From: an uncultured bacterium
Lineage (GTDB): Bacteria; Fibrobacterota; Chitinivibrionia; Chitinivibrionales; JANQEN01
Reading direction: 5' to 3'
DNA length: 43,938 nucleotides
Assembly (NCBI GenBank): GCA_965372145.1
Contig: CBDVBE010000003.1
Coordinates: 1 to 43,938 of the forward strand
Shown in pieces: positions 39,592-43,938 of the stretch (position 1 is the first letter of the stretch; every line of letters starts with the position of its first letter). A program made the position numbers and the translations under genes. Under the pieces are notes generated by a model, which saw only the letters and a list, made by a program, of their open reading frames with translations, made no database searches and was not told the DNA's origin.

Positions 39592-39948
39592 ATGTGCTAT
39601 ATTAAAAATTAAGTATTCTGAATTACACCTGTCTGTGACGATGGGTGTTTTCCGGAAGAAAACACTTTTTTACTTTTGCGTCATTTGAAAAATGACAAAA
39701 GCTGTTTTTTTAAGTAAATTCATAAAAGCTTATCTACAACCCTTTTCATCATGAATTTATATGGGGGCGCAATCAAGGAAATTACTAAATGATATTTTTT
39801 ACTAAAAATTTACAAAACGGGTGAATAATTGAAAGGAGGTTTATTTTGAGGGTACTATTATCTGTTTATCATTGAATACTTTCAGCTTTTATCTGAAGTT
39901 TTATAATTTCAATCCTCATCCATTATATCATTAAGAAGGGATAGCCTT

Positions 39949-42900
39949 ATGAAAAAAAATGACTTCAAATTCATTTCTCATTTTTTAATTTTTATATGCA
40001 TACTTATTACAAGTGTATATTCCAAAAATCTTATAAAGAACAGCGATTTCAACGATGGATTATTATACTGGAAATGTGATACTTATGATGGAGCGGAAGC
40101 TGAGTATCGATTTATAAGGGACGGTGAGTTCAATATTACTATTGCAGATCCGGGACCGGAATACTGGTCAGTAATGTTATATCAGGAAGATATTCCGATA
40201 CAACAAGGTAAGACGTACACCTTGCGGTTTGATGCGTGGGCCAGGAATTTTCAGTATTTTCATGTTCTTGTTCAGAAGAATGCTGAACCATGGATAGATT
40301 ATAGCCAACACTCAAGTTTTAGTATTAATTCGAATTGGAAAAGTTTTGAACGTACCTTTACTATGCTAAGTGCTACTGATTTGCAAGCAAGTTTAAATTT
40401 TGAACTTGGAAGATTGCGGACTAACGACATCATTATTGATAATGTTGTTCTTGTAGAACACAATCCGATCCAACAGAATAATTTGACGATTTATTTAAAT
40501 GATCATGATATTGTCAAAATAACTAATGATCCTACTGGCGATGAAGTGACGCATAATTGGGGCACACCTGAAATACAGTACAGCTATACCAGTAGTACGC
40601 CGATTAAGTTAACAGCTATTAACGATAATAGTTTTACATTTGAACATTGGAAGATAGAGTATGTCGGTAGGACTGAATATTCGTATTCAAATCCCTTACC
40701 TTTCAGTATTGTGGAAGATGTTGAGGTAACTCCTGTTTATGAAAGAACTTTTAATAGCTATTATTATGCAATTAATGCTGGTGGACCTGAATATACAGGT
40801 CCCGGGAATATTGTTTATGAGAGCGATTCATATTACACAGGGGGAAATTCATATATTCTACCTTCCGATGTACCAATAGACGGTACAGAAGATGAACCTT
40901 TATATCGCTCAGAACGATGGGGAAATTTCAGATACGATTTTCCAATAAATAGTGCGCTGCATACGGTTGTATTAAAATTTGCAGAGATATACTTTGATGA
41001 TCCTGATGCCCGGATTTTTGATGTAACTATTGAAGGTAAAAAAGCGATATTCGATTTGGATATTATTGAAATGGTAGGAAAGAATCATTCGTATGATGTT
41101 TATTACAACGCAGAAGTTACTGATGCTGAATTAAACATAGAATTTAATAATGCATCGGCTGATCAACCTAAACTATCAGCGATAGTGGTGTTATCTCACG
41201 GTGGTATTGAGCCCTCTATCCAAGAAAAATTGGATCAAATGAGTATAGAACAAAAAATCGGTCAAATGACAATGGCGAACGTAAGCTCTGTTACACCTCA
41301 GCAGGCAAAGGAAAACTATATTGGTGCATTATTTAACGGAGGAGGCGGGGCGCCGGATCAAAATACTCTCGAAGGGTGGGCTGACCGGGTTGAAATCTAT
41401 CAAGAAAAAGCAATGGAGAATGGTATGCCAATCATTTATGCCATGGATGCGGTTCATGGTATGTGCGAACTAAAAGGAGCTACAGTGTTCCCCTATAATA
41501 TCAATATAGGGTGTGCCAATAATGTAAATCTTGCGAAAAAAGCGGCACGGATTACTGCAATCGAGACCGCAGCCTGCGGTGTCAGGTGGACCTTTGGCCC
41601 GTGTGTAGCTGTATCCCGTGACGATCGCTGGGGACGCGTCTATGAATCTTTTGGTGAGGTGCCGGAAAATAACAGCAGAATGAGTGCTGCATTTATAGAC
41701 GGTTTTCAACAGGGGCCTTTCTTGCATAACACCCACTCTATTGCCGGTTGTACAAAACATTTTATTGCAGACGGAGGTACGGTATGGGGGACAGGTGCTA
41801 TAGATGAAAACATGGGCAATATACAAATGGTCGACCGCGGTGTAGCATCTTACACGGAAACGGACTTAAGAAAACTTTTTCTTCCACCTTACCGGAAAGC
41901 TATTGAACAAAATCTTGCCAGCCTTATGGTTTCGTTTTCCATGTGGGAAGATCCCAATAGTGGCGCTAAGGTTGATTGCATACAGAGTGAATTTTTACTT
42001 ACAGACCTGTTGAAAGATGAACTCGGATTCAAAGGTGTAGTCATAACCGATTGGGACGGTATTATCTGGCCTGATGCCGATTTGGAAATTTATGATAATG
42101 GCGCCGTATATACAAAAGATAATATCAAAACTGCTATACGAGCCGGTGTTGACATGGCCATGGTTGCAAATGCCTGGCAGAGTTATATACAATTATTGAA
42201 GGATATTGTTGCCGAAGATCCTTCGTTTGAGGATTATATAACCGAATCAGTTCGTAGAATATTACGGCTGAAATACCGGCTTAACCTGTTTGATAATCCA
42301 TATCCAGACCGTTCCAGACATGAGATTGTAGGCTCTGGTGCGCATCGCAAACTTTCACGGCAGTGTGTGCGGGAGTCTATGGTATTGCTGAAAAATACCG
42401 GGGCACTGCCTTTATCTAAGAATGCAAAGATCGCGCTGGTTGGAGAATGGGCTGATGACATTGGATACCAGGTTGGCGGGTGGTCACTTGACTGGTTGGG
42501 GACTATGGGCAATCAGAATTATCCTGGAGGACAGTCTATTAAAAATGCATTTGAGGAAGCAATTAAAAATTATCCAGGTGAAGTAACTTACTATCAGGAC
42601 GGAACCGGGATAGGTGATGATGAAGATGTTATTGTCGTAGCCATTGGTGAAGAGACTTATGCCGAATGGAAAGGCGATAGAGAAATTCCCGAAGTGTCAC
42701 AAGCCCATAAAGACCTTGTTGCATTGTGCGCTTCGTATAGTAAACCTGTTGTCTGTGTTCTTCTATCCGGTCGTCCCATTCTTATTGGACAGGATGAGGA
42801 TGACGGTGTTATTGGTGACTGTGATGCATTTATAGCCGCATGGTTACCCGGAACCGAAGGACTGGGTATCACGGATGTTCTCTTTGGTGATTACAATCCA

Positions 42901-43188
42901 ACCGGAAGATTGACCTTTTCCTGGCCAAAATCAGCAGCACAGATGGAGTCCACCATCAATGTGGGTGATGCTGTATATGATCCGCTTTTTGAGTATGGCT
43001 ATGGTATGGATTACTATTCACCTGTTTCAGGAGGTGACTATGACGAGTGGGAAGTAGGCATATTTTACCCAGTAGGCTCGAAAGTTAGCTACAATGGAAG
43101 CAACTGGGAAAATACCTTTGCACATACATCTCAGGTTGACTGGTATCCCGGGGCACCGGGACTCTGGTTCTGGGTTGAGATTGATTAA
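39949..43188 (+). CDS. Secreted multimodular GH3 beta-glucosidase/exo-glucanase: CBM4/9 + malectin + GH3 + CBM5/12-like
   Basis: Signal peptide; NLIKNSDFN (CBM4/9); YAINAGG...LYRSER.G...LKFAEIYF...RIFDV (malectin); DAVHG, RWGRVYES, CTKHF, ITDW, IGEETYAE, AWLPGTEG (GH3); WEVG..Y..G.KVSYNG..W tail. Confidence 0.93.
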   Translation: MKKNDFKFISHFLIFICILITSVYSKNLIKNSDFNDGLLYWKCDTYDGAEAEYRFIRDGEFNITIADPGPEYWSVMLYQEDIPIQQGKTYTLRFDAWARNFQYFHVLVQKNAEPWIDYSQHSSFSINSNWKSFERTFTMLSATDLQASLNFELGRLRTNDIIIDNVVLVEHNPIQQNNLTIYLNDHDIVKITNDPTGDEVTHNWGTPEIQYSYTSSTPIKLTAINDNSFTFEHWKIEYVGRTEYSYSNPLPFSIVEDVEVTPVYERTFNSYYYAINAGGPEYTGPGNIVYESDSYYTGGNSYILPSDVPIDGTEDEPLYRSERWGNFRYDFPINSALHTVVLKFAEIYFDDPDARIFDVTIEGKKAIFDLDIIEMVGKNHSYDVYYNAEVTDAELNIEFNNASADQPKLSAIVVLSHGGIEPSIQEKLDQMSIEQKIGQMTMANVSSVTPQQAKENYIGALFNGGGGAPDQNTLEGWADRVEIYQEKAMENGMPIIYAMDAVHGMCELKGATVFPYNINIGCANNVNLAKKAARITAIETAACGVRWTFGPCVAVSRDDRWGRVYESFGEVPENNSRMSAAFIDGFQQGPFLHNTHSIAGCTKHFIADGGTVWGTGAIDENMGNIQMVDRGVASYTETDLRKLFLPPYRKAIEQNLASLMVSFSMWEDPNSGAKVDCIQSEFLLTDLLKDELGFKGVVITDWDGIIWPDADLEIYDNGAVYTKDNIKTAIRAGVDMAMVANAWQSYIQLLKDIVAEDPSFEDYITESVRRILRLKYRLNLFDNPYPDRSRHEIVGSGAHRKLSRQCVRESMVLLKNTGALPLSKNAKIALVGEWADDIGYQVGGWSLDWLGTMGNQNYPGGQSIKNAFEEAIKNYPGEVTYYQDGTGIGDDEDVIVVAIGEETYAEWKGDREIPEVSQAHKDLVALCASYSKPVVCVLLSGRPILIGQDEDDGVIGDCDAFIAAWLPGTEGLGITDVLFGDYNPTGRLTFSWPKSAAQMESTINVGDAVYDPLFEYGYGMDYYSPVSGGDYDEWEVGIFYPVGSKVSYNGSNWENTFAHTSQVDWYPGAPGLWFWVEID

Positions 43189-43203
43189 TAGATAACAGTA
43201 AAT

Positions 43204-43247
43204 AAAAAGGTGCTCCCTTTTGTAATCTACCATAGGAGCACCTTTTT
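43204..43247 (+). terminator. Intrinsic terminator after the GH3 gene
   Basis: AAAAAGGTGCTCC...GGAGCACCTTTTT. Confidence 0.85.
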
Positions 43248-43340
43248 ACGTAAAACTTATTTTATTATTGAAATGTATCTGTTTTTGGTTTAAATTTATA
43301 AATAGAGACTAATTTAATAATTTATCTAAGATTATTATTT

Positions 43341-43938
43341 ATGAAAAACAGGTGTAAGTTATCATTTGTGAAAACGTTTGAAGTAATTATTATATTCTTT
43401 TTAAGTGTATATACTCAAACTTATAAGGAAGATTCTCTAGCTGTAAGAGCGATACTGGATTCAAACAATCTTTACTATATTTATGTTAATGAAGTTGCAC
43501 CGGTAAAGAACGATCGAATTTTCAAACTTGGACTTTCTGACGAACATATCTCAGTGATTATTCCTGAAATAGGAAAGCTTGATAAATTAGAGACACTTAT
43601 GCTTAATAATAATTTTGTAATCTTCCTTCCTGAAGAAATAGAAGGTTTGTCAAGTCTAACAAAATTATTTGTAAAAAACAATAAATTATCAAGCGTACCA
43701 AACACTTTAGAAAATTTAACAAATTTAATAGATATAGATCTTGCAGTAAACCAATTAGAAGAGCTCCCCTCAACAATCGGCAACTTAAAAAAACTATTAT
43801 GGTTAGAAATTTCTGATAATAAACTCATAGAACTACCCTCTGAAATCGGGAGATGCGATACATTACACAAACTACGCTGTACATATAACGAATTAACCAC
43901 CTTCCCGGATGAGATATGCAATCTGAAGAATCTATGGC
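43341..43938 (+). CDS. Secreted leucine-rich repeat protein, partial (runs off the window)
   Basis: Open frame from ATG 43341: MKNRCK...DSLAVRAILDSN...IPEIGKLDKLETLMLNNN..FLPEEIEGLSSLTKLFVKNNKLSSVP...LPSTIGNLKKL (23-aa LRRs). Confidence 0.9.
   Translation, partial: MKNRCKLSFVKTFEVIIIFFLSVYTQTYKEDSLAVRAILDSNNLYYIYVNEVAPVKNDRIFKLGLSDEHISVIIPEIGKLDKLETLMLNNNFVIFLPEEIEGLSSLTKLFVKNNKLSSVPNTLENLTNLIDIDLAVNQLEELPSTIGNLKKLLWLEISDNKLIELPSEIGRCDTLHKLRCTYNELTTFPDEICNLKNLW

Noticed and set aside
39583-39599. Sigma54 promoter (GG-N10-GC)
   Set aside because: The spacing fits but the match to TGGCAC/TTGC is poor, and the other copy of the motif lacks the GC.
43481-43921. 146-aa minus-strand ORF
   Set aside because: It is the antisense shadow of the plus-strand LRR gene, which the track missed because it runs off the window.

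Overview
AT-rich bacterial chromosomal region. It most likely comes from a Fibrobacterota (Chitinivibrionia/Chitinispirillaceae-like) organism. That is an inference from a TIGR02147-like protein, a fibro-slime protein, a PorU-like sortase, T9SS-type C-terminal domains and a secreted LRR protein. Left to right: truncated NupC-type transporter; GT-B-like glycosyltransferase; GxxExxY gene with its own repeats; T9SS-type repeat protein; AbiE type IV toxin-antitoxin pair beside initiator tRNA-Met; cNMP-binding and NFACT-R proteins; Zn-ribbon protein and solo Cas4/RecB-like nuclease; TPR lipoprotein with STAS/anti-sigma partner-switching genes; FlhB-domain gene and an amber-interrupted FliK-like gene; FHA protein with a degenerate metallophosphoesterase; fibro-slime protein; pyrG; CotH kinase and porin; beta-helix protein; porU; a TIGR02147 + small Cys-rich ORF + NHL lipoprotein cassette divergent from a multimodular GH3; and a partial LRR gene. 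The best candidates for undescribed biology are (1) the TIGR02147 cassette as a possible envelope-sensing regulator of a CAZyme, with a twice-repeated 14-bp motif in the shared promoter region, (2) nested miniature elements in which terminal inverted repeats enclose different REP-like palindromes, and (3) a 24/25-bp inverted site pair bracketing about 5.9 kb. All family calls come from motif recognition by eye; no searches were run.
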